From the IMG/VR virus record IMGVR_UViG_3300031760_000031: a stretch of 64,000 bases of DNA. One strand, written 5' to 3'. Below the pieces are notes generated by a model, which was given only the letters and a program-made list of their open reading frames with translations, ran no database searches and was not told the origin of the DNA. Position numbers and translations under genes: made by a program. Of the stretch, positions 1 to 10,650 are shown piece after piece. Every line of letters starts with the position of its first letter. Positions within the stretch are counted from its first letter, which is position 1. This DNA comes from an uncultured virus (IMG/VR IMGVR_UViG_3300031760_000031) (taxonomy: Duplodnaviria; Heunggongvirae; Uroviricota; Caudoviricetes).

Positions 1-120
1 ATTCACGAAGAGTGATCTTATTTTGCTTGAATTCCCTGAATATCTTTTGATCGTAGGTAACAGCACTTGACCCTTTCTTCAATACCTCTGCGTAATTAGG
101 CATAAAGTTAGTATAGCTTT

Positions 121-309
121 CTATTTAGCAGAAACAGCAAGTTTGCCTTCAGACTGGAATTTCTTCTTCCAAGCACGTACAGTCGACGCAGATAAAGCTG
201 CACGACCGGCAATCTCAGAAACAGTCTTGCCTTCTTCTAAAAGAGCTAATACGTAGCCTTTCTTCATACTTCTTTCTACATCTTCAGCGGTAGCAATTAA
301 TGTCTTCAT
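121..309 (-). CDS. small helix-turn-helix DNA-binding protein
   Basis: LLEEGKTVSEIAGRAALSASTVRAW is an HTH pattern; AAAGGAG SD upstream. Confidence 0.65.
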   Translation of the reverse strand: MKTLIATAEDVERSMKKGYVLALLEEGKTVSEIAGRAALSASTVRAWKKKFQSEGKLAVSAK

Positions 310-340
310 TTTTTTTTCTCCTTTCTGACATCAAATATCT

Positions 341-532
341 TTATGCTTCGGCGTCGTCTTCATAAACAAATATCCATTTGTCGTCTGCTTTTGTCACTAT
401 ACCTAGTTTGTATAGTTTTCGACAAGCAAGTTCTGCAAATGCATATTGACCGCCGTTTTCAAAATCTGGATCAAATATCTCTCTAGCTACAAACTTAGCG
501 AAATCTATTAAATCTTCGTTGCTTGGTCCCAT
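341..532 (-). CDS. hypothetical phage protein
   Basis: 63-aa ORF in tightly packed minus-strand run, SD upstream. Confidence 0.6.
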   Translation of the reverse strand: MGPSNEDLIDFAKFVAREIFDPDFENGGQYAFAELACRKLYKLGIVTKADDKWIFVYEDDAEA

Positions 533-760
533 TTAGATGTATTCCCCTTTCTTGTTCTTCTCAGAGTAAATATCAAGGTCTCCTTGTGACTGATGGCAGA
601 CAAATTCGAAGTTCTTTTTATCGAACTTATTCTTGGCGTACTGATAATCTTTTGTACGTTCACAATCCCCATCATTCAGATACTTACAGCTCTCCCCAGT
701 GCAAGCGCCATCTTTTAGTTTTCGTTTAGCGTCACAAATATAAATGAATTGATCGCTCAT
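533..760 (-). CDS. hypothetical Cys-rich protein
   Basis: 75-aa ORF, AAGGAG SD, abuts neighbours. Confidence 0.65.
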   Translation of the reverse strand: MSDQFIYICDAKRKLKDGACTGESCKYLNDGDCERTKDYQYAKNKFDKKNFEFVCHQSQGDLDIYSEKNKKGEYI

Positions 761-762
761 AT

Positions 763-1086
763 TTACTCCTTATTGAAGACCTGCTCTATAAGATCTTTAA
801 TCTCTTTGTTATAATCTTCATCTGGCTGCCAATCTTCTGCAGTCTTGCCAAACGGAATATCATTTTCTTCAGGTTTATCGATCTTATTCATCAATTGAAG
901 CATCTTTATTCGAAGCTTCTTTAAAAAATGACGAGGCCCTAGCCATTTGACTAGAGCCCCTTTAATATCAGAATCAAGCGCGAAATCCAGGACAGCAAGA
1001 CCTATTACACATATGCAGAGAAATATTATAGTAATAGAAAGTGTCACCACAGTAAGAAGAATTGTTCCGAGAATATCAATGATCAT
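763..1086 (-). CDS. membrane-anchored hypothetical protein
   Basis: hydrophobic N-terminal ~33 aa; ATGA overlap with upstream gene. Confidence 0.65.
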   Translation of the reverse strand: MIIDILGTILLTVVTLSITIIFLCICVIGLAVLDFALDSDIKGALVKWLGPRHFLKKLRIKMLQLMNKIDKPEENDIPFGKTAEDWQPDEDYNKEIKDLIEQVFNKE

Positions 1087-1670
1087 AATTCTTCAAGATC
1101 CTCTCTTGTTTCTGCCTTCTTTCTTTTTGGCCTATGGATTGGATGTTCTTTTAATTTTTCTTTATAAACTTTAGTGCACTTACGGCGTTTTGTTGAAGTC
1201 TTCTCAGAACAAGTAGCATTCTTTACCAGTTCATCGATTTCATCTTTTGTATAGCCAAATCTGTCATATGCAAGAATATAAAGGAAACCAACTTCAGGAT
1301 CATGTTCAGCTTCGATGAGCTCATGAAGTTTTAGAACATCTTCATGCGTGTAATTTGGTCTAAAACCGAATTCAAGTAAGTACTCCATTAAACCCGTATA
1401 AGTCCAAGGAGTTTTTCCCAAATATCTTTCGATTTCAGTACCATAAACGCCTCTATAACGAAGAAGCAGATACAAAACAGCCTTGTAGATGTTTGGTCTA
1501 ACATTGTCTTCACGAGTAACTTTATCTAAACGTTCACCTGTGTAATTGTCTAGAAGGATTGTGTATTTGCCGCCATAAACAACACGATAAAGTTCAGCAA
1601 GACGTTTTTTCTTAAACAATCCTCTTATTAATTCGTAAAAACGTAGTACTTCCTCTACATTATTTTTCAA
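1083..1670 (-). CDS. hypothetical phage protein
   Basis: 195-aa ORF overlapping neighbours. Confidence 0.7.
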   Translation of the reverse strand: MKNNVEEVLRFYELIRGLFKKKRLAELYRVVYGGKYTILLDNYTGERLDKVTREDNVRPNIYKAVLYLLLRYRGVYGTEIERYLGKTPWTYTGLMEYLLEFGFRPNYTHEDVLKLHELIEAEHDPEVGFLYILAYDRFGYTKDEIDELVKNATCSEKTSTKRRKCTKVYKEKLKEHPIHRPKRKKAETREDLEEL

Positions 1671-2085
1671 GAGTTTCCACCTTTGCTTTCTTCACTGTTT
1701 TTGTTTTCTTTACGGTCTGAGTAACTTTTACTGATGGATCAGATGGCGCTTTTACTAGAGCTTCATCAAGTTTCTCGTTAATTTTGCGAAGTTCCGTCTC
1801 GATAAACGTTGTCCATTTGTAGAGATGACTATCAACGGTGCTAACTTCTTGCTCAATAAAACTCATTTGCTCCTTATACTCACTAAGAATATTTAATAAG
1901 CTTTTGTGAAGCTCAGGTTCTTGGCTCATCGTATTACTGAGTTTTTCAAGCAATTGAGCTTCTTGTTTGTAATATTCGTTTCCAGCTTCGATAATATCTT
2001 TTAATTTAGAGAGTAATGAAGCAATACCGCCCCAAGTAAATAAAAAGCTTACTGCCAAGAAAATGCTGAGAAATATATTAAACAT
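1660..2085 (-). CDS. membrane-anchored coiled-coil protein
   Basis: N-terminal TM segment followed by helical region; AAGGAG SD. Confidence 0.7.
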   Translation of the reverse strand: MFNIFLSIFLAVSFLFTWGGIASLLSKLKDIIEAGNEYYKQEAQLLEKLSNTMSQEPELHKSLLNILSEYKEQMSFIEQEVSTVDSHLYKWTTFIETELRKINEKLDEALVKAPSDPSVKVTQTVKKTKTVKKAKVETLEK

Positions 2086-2353
2086 TAGTTGAGTCTCCTT
2101 CTACCTTTTTAGTTTTCTTTTTCTTTGAGTTCAGAATATCTTTTGTTGTGTTTTTGGTTTCGATCATCATGTCATACATACGATCATCGTACTGAAGCAA
2201 GCGGTCAAGCTTTGAGTTAAGCTTGTCAATTTCTCGATCGGCTTCTTCATCGTCTGTTTCAGTAATCTCGTAGCTATCTGCTAATTTCAACCAATAAACC
2301 ATCAAACCAAGCTCGATAGCAATAATCAGCAGTAAAACGTTAGTAAATGTCAT
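2078..2353 (-). CDS. membrane-anchored hypothetical protein
   Basis: N-terminal TM segment; AAGGAGAG SD. Confidence 0.7.
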   Translation of the reverse strand: MTFTNVLLLIIAIELGLMVYWLKLADSYEITETDDEEADREIDKLNSKLDRLLQYDDRMYDMMIETKNTTKDILNSKKKKTKKVEGDSTNV

Positions 2354-2840
2354 TATTTATACTCTCCTTTCTTACTAATTCAATGACCCAGCATTCATCA
2401 AATATCTCATATGCGCCATTCCCGCTGCCCATTTTCAAGTACCGTATCCTGCGTTCAGGCTCATATTTTGCTTTAATGAAATATCCATCTTTGTTAAGAC
2501 GAGCTTCAACTTTTTCAAAGTCTTTCCAAACAATTGTGTTTCCGTAAATATCAAGCATTTTCTCAAGCATCTGAATGTTCTGTTCAAACTTTGATTTACG
2601 TTTTTTCTTCACCTTTAGTTTGTTGGCGTCTCTCAGAATATCTTTTGAAACGGTGTCTAAGTATTTACGTTCAACGTAGCGTTCCTCGTACAGTAATTTG
2701 GCACTGGTTTTAAATATATCTGATAGTTCGTGAGGTGTTATGCAGAACTCTTTACAGAGGTCTCCATTTTTACCATGCCAAATAACTTTGGAAGATGGAT
2801 CTGCTGTATCATGTACAAAGTAATAAAACTGTCTCTTCAT
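2340..2840 (-). CDS. hypothetical phage protein
   Basis: 166-aa ORF, GAGG SD. Confidence 0.7.
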   Translation of the reverse strand: MKRQFYYFVHDTADPSSKVIWHGKNGDLCKEFCITPHELSDIFKTSAKLLYEERYVERKYLDTVSKDILRDANKLKVKKKRKSKFEQNIQMLEKMLDIYGNTIVWKDFEKVEARLNKDGYFIKAKYEPERRIRYLKMGSGNGAYEIFDECWVIELVRKESINNDIY

Positions 2841-2856
2841 GTAAAAAGTAATTCCT

Positions 2857-4197
2857 CTAAAATAATCTCATCTGTTCATATTTCCATTTCAAATAGTCCT
2901 CCGGCAGCGGATCTGATTGAATATCAATGACCTGATCGCTAGGTAATTTTTCTTCTTTTTGCGTACTGAAATACTTTTGATTGTATTTACGTACAAGATC
3001 TCTAGAATTGAAGTTCTTCTTATTTTGAAGAGCGGCATTGATTCGTGAATCGATCGGACTGTTAGACTTTAACCTGTAATAATACAGATCCTCATAAGGC
3101 GTATTGAGTCGATCAATTCGTCCAGATGCCTGTTCAAGGACTTTGTAGCTTGGATTTTGGCTAAAAAATATAATGGTGTCAGTTTCAATACAATTCCAGG
3201 CTTCATTTCCAGCCGTGTATTGAACTAAATAAGCCCAATTATTACCGGAAGGTACTGGTTCGTGTTTATGTCCGTTCCATTCGTTAAATGGCACGTTAGC
3301 GGCTTCTAAAATCGTTCTGAGAATGTCTAACTCATAGTCGTAGTTATAGAAGATAATAACCTTACTGTGCTTGACTAATAAGCCGAGTAACATAGCTTGT
3401 CGATCGTCCGAACTATTACTTACTCTACGTTGCAGATAGTATAGTTTTGACCCGTTTTCGATCGGGCAATTGTCATACGGATCCCAACGATCTTTGAGTA
3501 ATGATTTGTATAATTGTCTATCATAGTCGCACTCAATGATCTCGTAATGACGTTTTGTGTGCCTGTGAAAGTCCATATCGACAAGGATTTCGTTTCTGAG
3601 TCTGTTTAACTTATTTGTTCCTAAATATCTATCGACTTTAGGAAAGTTTGTAAACCGGCTCCAAACGACATGCTCATTATTAAATTCAGTTCGATTTCGA
3701 TAAAAGCCATTCGCAATGAATACCGGAATATAATCACTCCAAGTATCCCCAGGAGTTGCGCTTAGCAATATCCAATTGTTTCGTTTAGCTATTTTTAGGA
3801 ATGACTTAACCCAAACCCCACTCCCAACAACTCTTTGCTCGTCAAATATAAAGAAAGCGCCGTAAACGTCTTTATACTTTTGAATGTTATTCCAGCTGTC
3901 AACGACAACTATATGGTTGTGAATATCATTCCTTGGATCTGGAGATAAAAGAAAAGGAGCCATATCTGACTCCCAATCTTTTGAATCTCGTTTTCGAGCG
4001 GTAGTGATGATGTAAAGGTCTTGCATGGTGATCTCATCCGAAGAGTGGTCGTTACCCCATATATCACCGCCATTCTCTTTGTAATAATAGCCAAGAGCTG
4101 TCCTAGATTTACCAGAACCTACACCTCCGCATAAGACGCATCCGTTTTTCATTTCAGATATTGCCTTAAGCTGGTAGTCGTATAAACCTAATCCCAT
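2857..4197 (-). CDS. superfamily 2 (SNF2/DEAD-like) DNA helicase
   Basis: Q-motif LYDYQ, Walker A GGVGSGKS, motif II FDEQ, motif III SATP, motif VI QASGRIDR. Confidence 0.9.
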   Translation of the reverse strand: MGLGLYDYQLKAISEMKNGCVLCGGVGSGKSRTALGYYYKENGGDIWGNDHSSDEITMQDLYIITTARKRDSKDWESDMAPFLLSPDPRNDIHNHIVVVDSWNNIQKYKDVYGAFFIFDEQRVVGSGVWVKSFLKIAKRNNWILLSATPGDTWSDYIPVFIANGFYRNRTEFNNEHVVWSRFTNFPKVDRYLGTNKLNRLRNEILVDMDFHRHTKRHYEIIECDYDRQLYKSLLKDRWDPYDNCPIENGSKLYYLQRRVSNSSDDRQAMLLGLLVKHSKVIIFYNYDYELDILRTILEAANVPFNEWNGHKHEPVPSGNNWAYLVQYTAGNEAWNCIETDTIIFFSQNPSYKVLEQASGRIDRLNTPYEDLYYYRLKSNSPIDSRINAALQNKKNFNSRDLVRKYNQKYFSTQKEEKLPSDQVIDIQSDPLPEDYLKWKYEQMRLF

Positions 4198-4204
4198 AAG
4201 TCTC

Positions 4205-4519
4205 CTAACTTACCATATAGGTTTCGTAAGTGTTTGTGCCTTGAATATCATTTAAAGCAAGAAACTGCATGTAGGAGTTTGAGATCTCTTTGACCTTCTC
4301 TTTGAAAATATCCATCTGATGGTTATAGACTTCTTCAGTAATAGAGCCTAACGCGAAATCGATTCTTGTCTGTAAAACCTGACGTTCGACAGATTCAATC
4401 CAGTCAATATATGACAGATTAGAGAACAATATCTTTGGGGCTTCAACCTTAGTTTCGGCATTCTCTTCGTTATTCTTCTTTGTGAATAATCCTTTTAACC
4501 AATTAATAAACTTTTTCAT
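4205..4519 (-). CDS. hypothetical phage protein
   Basis: 104-aa ORF, AAGGAGG SD. Confidence 0.7.
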   Translation of the reverse strand: MKKFINWLKGLFTKKNNEENAETKVEAPKILFSNLSYIDWIESVERQVLQTRIDFALGSITEEVYNHQMDIFKEKVKEISNSYMQFLALNDIQGTNTYETYMVS

Positions 4520-4582
4520 TATACTTCCTCCTTAAAATATCTTTTATGCGTTCTGACGAACGGTACTCATTCGATAGAGATT

Positions 4583-4798
4583 TTATGGACGAGGGGTGAG
4601 AATTGATTCTGCTTTTGCGAAGTAGACATCCGGATCTGGAATATCATACATCTTTGTCGTAAGACAGACGTCTCTATAGGCTTTCCAAGCATATTCAAAC
4701 CACGGCTCATCTCTGTATAACATAATCTTCATATCGAGCTTGTTTTGGATCCACAGTGGAATATAACTGTAGAAGTCCTTGTTAAGCGTATTTAACAT
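4583..4798 (-). CDS. hypothetical phage protein
   Basis: 71-aa ORF overlapping upstream gene. Confidence 0.55.
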   Translation of the reverse strand: MLNTLNKDFYSYIPLWIQNKLDMKIMLYRDEPWFEYAWKAYRDVCLTTKMYDIPDPDVYFAKAESILTPRP

Positions 4799-5051
4799 AC
4801 TTTAGATCTTCCCTTGTAAAGGCTTTACCACAGCCCTTGCAGAACCAACGGTTATTTGTTTGAGCCGTTTTGGTGTAGATGCGCTTGTAGAAACGCATAT
4901 TTGTTTTACCGCAATTTGGGCAAATAGCTCTCAAGTGGATCGTATTCTGACGCGCTAAACGTCTTTTACTGCGTCCAGACAACGCTGGATAAACGTGACG
5001 TTCTGAAGGAATTACTTTGTTACCGTTTTCATCGATATAAGTGTCGTCCAT
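4782..5051 (-). CDS. zinc-ribbon protein
   Basis: CPNCG...CKGCG; AAAGGAGAG SD. Confidence 0.7.
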   Translation of the reverse strand: MDDTYIDENGNKVIPSERHVYPALSGRSKRRLARQNTIHLRAICPNCGKTNMRFYKRIYTKTAQTNNRWFCKGCGKAFTREDLKYVKYA

Positions 5052-5053
5052 TT

Positions 5054-5248
5054 TTACTCTCCTTTTGACTTTAAATAAGATGCCAAAGACCCATTGTCTT
5101 TGAAGTGAACGGGTCTTTGACTGTTAACATTGGAAGAATGGTCTAAGCAATCACAGCATGGTTCATCTGATTCTGGTTTATCCTTATGCTCACAGAATTT
5201 GCATAACTCGAATCTAACGATCTTGTCTTTAATACTGTAATAGCTCAT
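5054..5248 (-). CDS. small Cys-rich phage protein
   Basis: CKFC...EPCCDCL motif. Confidence 0.7.
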   Translation of the reverse strand: MSYYSIKDKIVRFELCKFCEHKDKPESDEPCCDCLDHSSNVNSQRPVHFKDNGSLASYLKSKGE

Positions 5249-5544
5249 AGCTTTTTTAGCTCCTTTTGAATAATTTCGGCCAAGGCATTCAGCAAATCGT
5301 CAATGTTAGAATATCCAACAACATTTCTAAGCAGTTTGCCAAGCTCGAAATAGTATTCTCCATCGTAGCTAAGTTCGTAGACTTTTCCTCGTGGGCCACT
5401 CTCCTTATCATTTAAATGAAGCTCCACAAGTATTCCCTTATTGCCCTTCTTCCATAGGTATATTGGCAACTTAGGTGTGCCAGATTCCATATAGAGGTAT
5501 TCGTTGAATACATAAAAAGGATGCGATTCAGGAAGTCCCATCAT
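5245..5544 (-). CDS. hypothetical phage protein
   Basis: 99-aa ORF in replication operon. Confidence 0.65.
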   Translation of the reverse strand: MMGLPESHPFYVFNEYLYMESGTPKLPIYLWKKGNKGILVELHLNDKESGPRGKVYELSYDGEYYFELGKLLRNVVGYSNIDDLLNALAEIIQKELKKL

Positions 5545-5548
5545 AGCT

Positions 5549-6031
5549 TTAACCTTCTACGTCTGTGTAAGCGTATTTGTGCATAAACGGATCTTCTCTA
5601 ACAACAACATGCAGAGTATCGAGGTATGCACTGATACCACCAGATCCATTTCTCTCCCAATGGAATGGGCTGATTAACATATCGCAAGAAAGAATATCTG
5701 TCTGATCCAGCTGACCAACTGTCTCAGCTGTAAGCTCTTTTACCGTCTTGCTAGTGTGAATATAAATTCTAGGGCCTCTAGCAGATTTGAAATTGACATT
5801 AACTTTGATATGGTGAATGCCAACATCCTGAGGATCTCTTGGAGCTCTGAATTTTACATTCCAGCCATCGTTCTGCATCTGCTGAGCGATTACAGGATCG
5901 TCAATAATGACGTTAAAGTTCCTATCGCCATCGCGGTTGAAATCGGTTTCTCTACCTGCAAAATTGCGATACAGAATCTGTCCATCTTCAATTAATAACT
6001 TTCCATTAGGATCAATACTTACTTTACTCAT
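5549..6031 (-). CDS. putative single-stranded DNA-binding protein
   Basis: RNFAG...NRDGDRNFNV...GWNVK...ISAYL pattern recalled from phage SSBs found next to polymerase genes; start set at MSKV after AAAGGA. Confidence 0.7.
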   Translation of the reverse strand: MSKVSIDPNGKLLIEDGQILYRNFAGRETDFNRDGDRNFNVIIDDPVIAQQMQNDGWNVKFRAPRDPQDVGIHHIKVNVNFKSARGPRIYIHTSKTVKELTAETVGQLDQTDILSCDMLISPFHWERNGSGGISAYLDTLHVVVREDPFMHKYAYTDVEG

Positions 6032-6226
6032 TTTTCTCTTTTTCCTTTCTTTAAATAAGTTTTGAACGAAATATAAAAAGCACGAGCTATTAACTGCGTG
6101 CTTCTTACCAAATATCAAGGAGCTTGAAACTGGTTGGTAGTAAAAGCTTTGGGCTGTATTTTGATTGGAGGATTAAAATATCATGAATCTTTTTGTTCCA
6201 AGCTCCTCATCTATTTCAAATGGCTA

Positions 6227-9200
6227 CTAGGAGGCAAACCATTCGAAATCACCGTACTGCGAAATTGTTTCAATCGCAGCATCTACTTGCTCATCATAAA
6301 AAGACCGGTCAATCCGATCTTCTAATTTGAGTGTTTTTACTGTTGCTGATTCAAGCCAACGGTAACCTTTTGCACCTGTTGCTGAATCATACTTAATCTG
6401 CCCTTTTAAATTGGATTCTCGTACTAATAAGCCTCCACCAACTCCGGGTTCTACAGGTGTAAATAGTCCGATTCGTCCAATATATCTATAGTTATGTCCT
6501 TCAGCAATTTGTTTCTCAAGATCTTCATTATCTTTGAGAAGTTTGTTGAGTAATGGACCACCATATTTCTTAGAGTCGATATCTTTTTGAATCTTTGCTT
6601 TCCGTTTTTCAAGATCAGATACATCAGGTAATCCTTCATTCATATCTAAATATAAAGAAGATGTTACTTGGAATGTTTCGCAAAGGTCTTCAAACTCGAT
6701 CGGCTCTTTAGAGAACAGTTTTTTAAAGACATAAGGAACTGCAAACTGCTTTCCAGTTGCCGTCCACCAAATATCTTTTCCAGATTTATCCTTTTGCGGT
6801 TCTTTAAACTTTGCAATATAAACAGCATCATTCACAAGACAGAATTTCGAGAACTCTGCTTCAGTTTCGAACGAATATCCATATTCCTTTCCGAAACGGA
6901 TAACAAAATCCTGAATCTCTTTAGTCGCATTAGGGATCTTAATTGAGTCTGTCTTAATATGTGCAACTGTATAACCCCATTTTTCGACTTGCTGCTTGAG
7001 CAAAGTCATGAATAAGGCTCCACGTTTTGCAACGATATTATCGACATTTCTAGGATCTTTGAATGTGTTGGAGAATTTCGCACTAGTCAAACCATATACT
7101 GAGTTAATGACAATCTTTAAAGCCTGAGCTAAAGACTTCGCATATTCATCTTTTAGATAAGGTGTTAAGACTCCGTTCAGCATTTTTGATGCTGCATCAA
7201 AGTCTTTATGCTTGATTGCAACTCTAGCATTAACAATATCTTCAAATGCCTTTGTATACTCCGGTCCGAATAATACTTCTGCCAGCATTGAGTGTGGATG
7301 CATACTAGAAACGTCTCCATCCCAAATATCATTCCACATGTTTGGATTTGAATAGACTCTGCCACCTTCTCCAATTTCATCACCGAGGTATGTTGATACC
7401 GGAGAATATTTTATATGACCTTCCTCGTCTTTAATCTTCTTGATTTCAAAAACATACCCTGGGAAGAATGGCAGTATAGAATATCCATTTGGCAGTTCAG
7501 ATTTACCATCATATGTCTGATATAACGGTAAACCGCATTCATCAAATATCCTAAATACGTAATCTTCGCCAAACCTTTCTCTATAAGTTGAATATTCCTT
7601 ATATGAAACCGGTTTAGACAGATCTCTGTAGTTGAATACACTTTGTGGTGTTCTGTTATTACCAAATATAATTTTCGTTGATAACGTATTTGTTGTGTCA
7701 TTAACAGATACATTGGTAATACCATGAAGATTCTTTGCAAGCTCAACCTGAATCTGTCTAGCCATCCAATCTCCTTGGTTTGCTTTGAAGACCGCTTCTG
7801 TTGCAATAACATCGTTATCACAATATTCAGCAACCCTTTCCCAGAGTTCTTCCGGAACAGGTTGATCCCATGGCATACCAAGTTCATCATGAATAATATT
7901 TAGTTCTGGATACTCTTTATTCAATTCAATCTCCCATTTCTTAAGAGATTGCTTTTTTGTACAGAAATCATATACATCTGTATACGAAAGATTATAGGCT
8001 TCACTAAAATATCCACGACCTTCTTTGATTAGATTTTTCGAAAGTTCAAATATCGCTTCGTTGTTATAACCCATCATTCTTGCATATAGAATATGATTAT
8101 CATAACGTCTGCAATTGAATCCGATTAATTTATGCGAGCAAAGTTCCTCAATCTCTTTCATACCTGGATTAATCATTCTAACAACTGGTCTGTCTTCACC
8201 CTCCCATTTCCAATTAACCAGGAATAAATTTGGGAAAACTTCGACATCATAAAATATCAATCCATCTTCTAAGACCTCTATATCATCAGAAGGCTCTTCA
8301 GAACAGAAATGCATCTTATTTACCAGTTTTAAACAATAATCTGAATTATGAGTACTGTTTGTCGCAAATATCCGTATATCGTTAGCTAAATCAGTTACAT
8401 CGTATTTCAGATCTGAGTTATACGCATCTTCAAGAACCTTGTAAATAAAGTCGACATTCTGCTTTGTTGAGGGCATTTTGTCATATTCTTTATTCAAGCA
8501 CCGCTTGATGATAGTTTTTAACGATTTAGCATTGGCAATTCCCTCAAAATTAACCACTTTGTTGTCTCCTTTCAATGGCAATCCAGAATTAAGTTCGGCG
8601 ATTGGTAGATCATTACATTCAGTAAGTTTTCTTCGTAATGAAGAATTACCGGTAAAGACCTTAACTTCAATCTTGTCATCAAATATCCTACTGAGTTGGT
8701 TTGGATCGCCGCCTTTCCAAATATAATGGAGGTGGATCCCTTTGCCTGATTTGCTTAGCTCCGCATATGTCTTTGGCCATTTGCTAGCTTCAATCAGGTT
8801 TGCTTTAAAGTCTTTTTCGCCGTTCTTATTCGGAATATCAAAGTCGATAACAATATGATTCTCAGGAACTTTTACATAATGAAGCTCTGAAGTATTTATC
8901 TCTTTTAACGTTGTTTTTACTTTAGCCCAGGAATACGATGGAGTTTCATTTGTGTTTGCATACTGTGCAGGACATTCTTTACACAAATTATCAAAATAAG
9001 AAGGTTGTTTTTTGAACTCTATGAGATCTTGGTCAGCCTTTTTCTTTGATTTCTTTGTTTCTGTTGCGGATTCGAATTTAGATGCTTTAAATCCGTAATA
9101 ATAGTTTCTCGATCGTTTTCCATCAGAACTTAAGTGTGTATCGTCAAAAAATTCAAAATAATCTCGAAGTTCTTCCTTAAATATCCTTTTTGGTAATGGA

Positions 9201-10366
9201 TATGCGACTTTTGCTTCTTCACAATAAGTCTTATACATTTCCCAGCCGGTCTTTAAGCTTACTCCATCTTCTTCTTTAAATATAAAGAATGAATCAAGTA
9301 CGAAGTTATAGAAGTCGTTTGATGCAACCATCATTCTTCTTGGAATATAATCTTCATACTTTTCCGGATCTTCGAGATATACCTCTTTACAATGAGACGC
9401 GATTCCACCAAGTTCAAAATCAATACCTTTAGTGAGTCGTTTATACTCACTAAGACTTAACTTATTCCCCGATGGAACTACGTCAATGAGTCTTCGGATA
9501 ATACCAGATTTTGCATCAGTGATTTTTACTGGTTTGTTTGTTCCCATAAATAAAAACGACTTAAACCTGTTTGTATAAGTCGCTTTAAACTTTTCATTTA
9601 CAGTCATAAACTCGTGAGAAACCAAACTATTTAATCTTGTATTATCTTCAATTTTTGATAAGTCTCCATCGTGTTGTATCGCGACCAGAGGATTCGTTCG
9701 GAATGCTTCCAAAGCGAATGAGTTGTTCGATGAACCCAATGCTTTTGCATCAAACACTGAGTAATATCCATCGAATAATTTCTGAATAATATTCAGAATT
9801 GTTGATTTACCAGATCCAGGAGCACCATAAAGTACAATAAACTTCTGCACTTCCTTAGATTCTCCAGAGATGATAGATCCAATTGCCCATTCAAGTTTTT
9901 CTCGTTCTTCTGGATCATACAATGTCGACATCAACTTTTCATAATTCGGGATTGGACCAGGCTGCAAAGGATAGTTTAATCTCTTACTAGCATAGTCTTT
10001 CTTATTTACCGGATCGTTTGAAAATATCAATTTCTCATCAAGCATATGGTAGTTGTCACGCATCTGCTTTTGACAATACTTGTGGAAATTATCAATCATG
10101 CAGGTTGATGCGTCCCACATATACATGATCTTCACATTACCATCAAACTTATTTTTGTTTTCTTGATAATACTTTGTAAGTTCATTATCTATGATACGCA
10201 CAGCATCTTGTTCATCTTCACTCCATACACCGGCTTCTTCATCCCAAATCGCATAGAAATCTCGACCACGAATCATTAGATCAGAGCTTTTCTGTATTTT
10301 GAATTTTGGATAGATCTCTATGGTCCCCTTTGTGACCTTTGTAGATATCACTAAGAAATCTATCAT
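6227..10366 (-). CDS. fused SF3/D5-like helicase + AEP primase + family B DNA polymerase
   Basis: Walker A GAPGSGKST; primase motifs IDFD and SKSGKGIHLHY; exonuclease FYDVE and GFNCRRYD; PolB motifs DVSSMHP, KIVINSVYG, HIKTDS. Confidence 0.85.
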   Translation of the reverse strand: MIDFLVISTKVTKGTIEIYPKFKIQKSSDLMIRGRDFYAIWDEEAGVWSEDEQDAVRIIDNELTKYYQENKNKFDGNVKIMYMWDASTCMIDNFHKYCQKQMRDNYHMLDEKLIFSNDPVNKKDYASKRLNYPLQPGPIPNYEKLMSTLYDPEEREKLEWAIGSIISGESKEVQKFIVLYGAPGSGKSTILNIIQKLFDGYYSVFDAKALGSSNNSFALEAFRTNPLVAIQHDGDLSKIEDNTRLNSLVSHEFMTVNEKFKATYTNRFKSFLFMGTNKPVKITDAKSGIIRRLIDVVPSGNKLSLSEYKRLTKGIDFELGGIASHCKEVYLEDPEKYEDYIPRRMMVASNDFYNFVLDSFFIFKEEDGVSLKTGWEMYKTYCEEAKVAYPLPKRIFKEELRDYFEFFDDTHLSSDGKRSRNYYYGFKASKFESATETKKSKKKADQDLIEFKKQPSYFDNLCKECPAQYANTNETPSYSWAKVKTTLKEINTSELHYVKVPENHIVIDFDIPNKNGEKDFKANLIEASKWPKTYAELSKSGKGIHLHYIWKGGDPNQLSRIFDDKIEVKVFTGNSSLRRKLTECNDLPIAELNSGLPLKGDNKVVNFEGIANAKSLKTIIKRCLNKEYDKMPSTKQNVDFIYKVLEDAYNSDLKYDVTDLANDIRIFATNSTHNSDYCLKLVNKMHFCSEEPSDDIEVLEDGLIFYDVEVFPNLFLVNWKWEGEDRPVVRMINPGMKEIEELCSHKLIGFNCRRYDNHILYARMMGYNNEAIFELSKNLIKEGRGYFSEAYNLSYTDVYDFCTKKQSLKKWEIELNKEYPELNIIHDELGMPWDQPVPEELWERVAEYCDNDVIATEAVFKANQGDWMARQIQVELAKNLHGITNVSVNDTTNTLSTKIIFGNNRTPQSVFNYRDLSKPVSYKEYSTYRERFGEDYVFRIFDECGLPLYQTYDGKSELPNGYSILPFFPGYVFEIKKIKDEEGHIKYSPVSTYLGDEIGEGGRVYSNPNMWNDIWDGDVSSMHPHSMLAEVLFGPEYTKAFEDIVNARVAIKHKDFDAASKMLNGVLTPYLKDEYAKSLAQALKIVINSVYGLTSAKFSNTFKDPRNVDNIVAKRGALFMTLLKQQVEKWGYTVAHIKTDSIKIPNATKEIQDFVIRFGKEYGYSFETEAEFSKFCLVNDAVYIAKFKEPQKDKSGKDIWWTATGKQFAVPYVFKKLFSKEPIEFEDLCETFQVTSSLYLDMNEGLPDVSDLEKRKAKIQKDIDSKKYGGPLLNKLLKDNEDLEKQIAEGHNYRYIGRIGLFTPVEPGVGGGLLVRESNLKGQIKYDSATGAKGYRWLESATVKTLKLEDRIDRSFYDEQVDAAIETISQYGDFEWFAS

Positions 10367-10383
10367 AAGACCTCTCTCCTTTC

Positions 10384-10650
10384 TTAATGATTCTTAAGTT
10401 CGTTTACTTCAGTTTTAAGTTTTTTCACATCTCTATTAAGTTCATAAACCAAATATAAAGTTACTCCAAAGCAGCATGTTAAAATAAAACCGCTGCTATT
10501 CAAACCTTTAAGACTCTTTACAACTCCTTCGTTAATGCTTGATTGAATATCAAACATGTTAGAAACCACATTTAATGCTTGCAATGTGAATTCATGTGTG
10601 TTCACATCAGCAACTGGCATTTTAATTTCTGGTAATACTGTCTTTTTCAA
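10384..10650 (-). CDS. small membrane protein
   Basis: TTG start with GGAGG SD, one TM segment. Confidence 0.6.
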   Translation of the reverse strand: MKKTVLPEIKMPVADVNTHEFTLQALNVVSNMFDIQSSINEGVVKSLKGLNSSGFILTCCFGVTLYLVYELNRDVKKLKTEVNELKNH

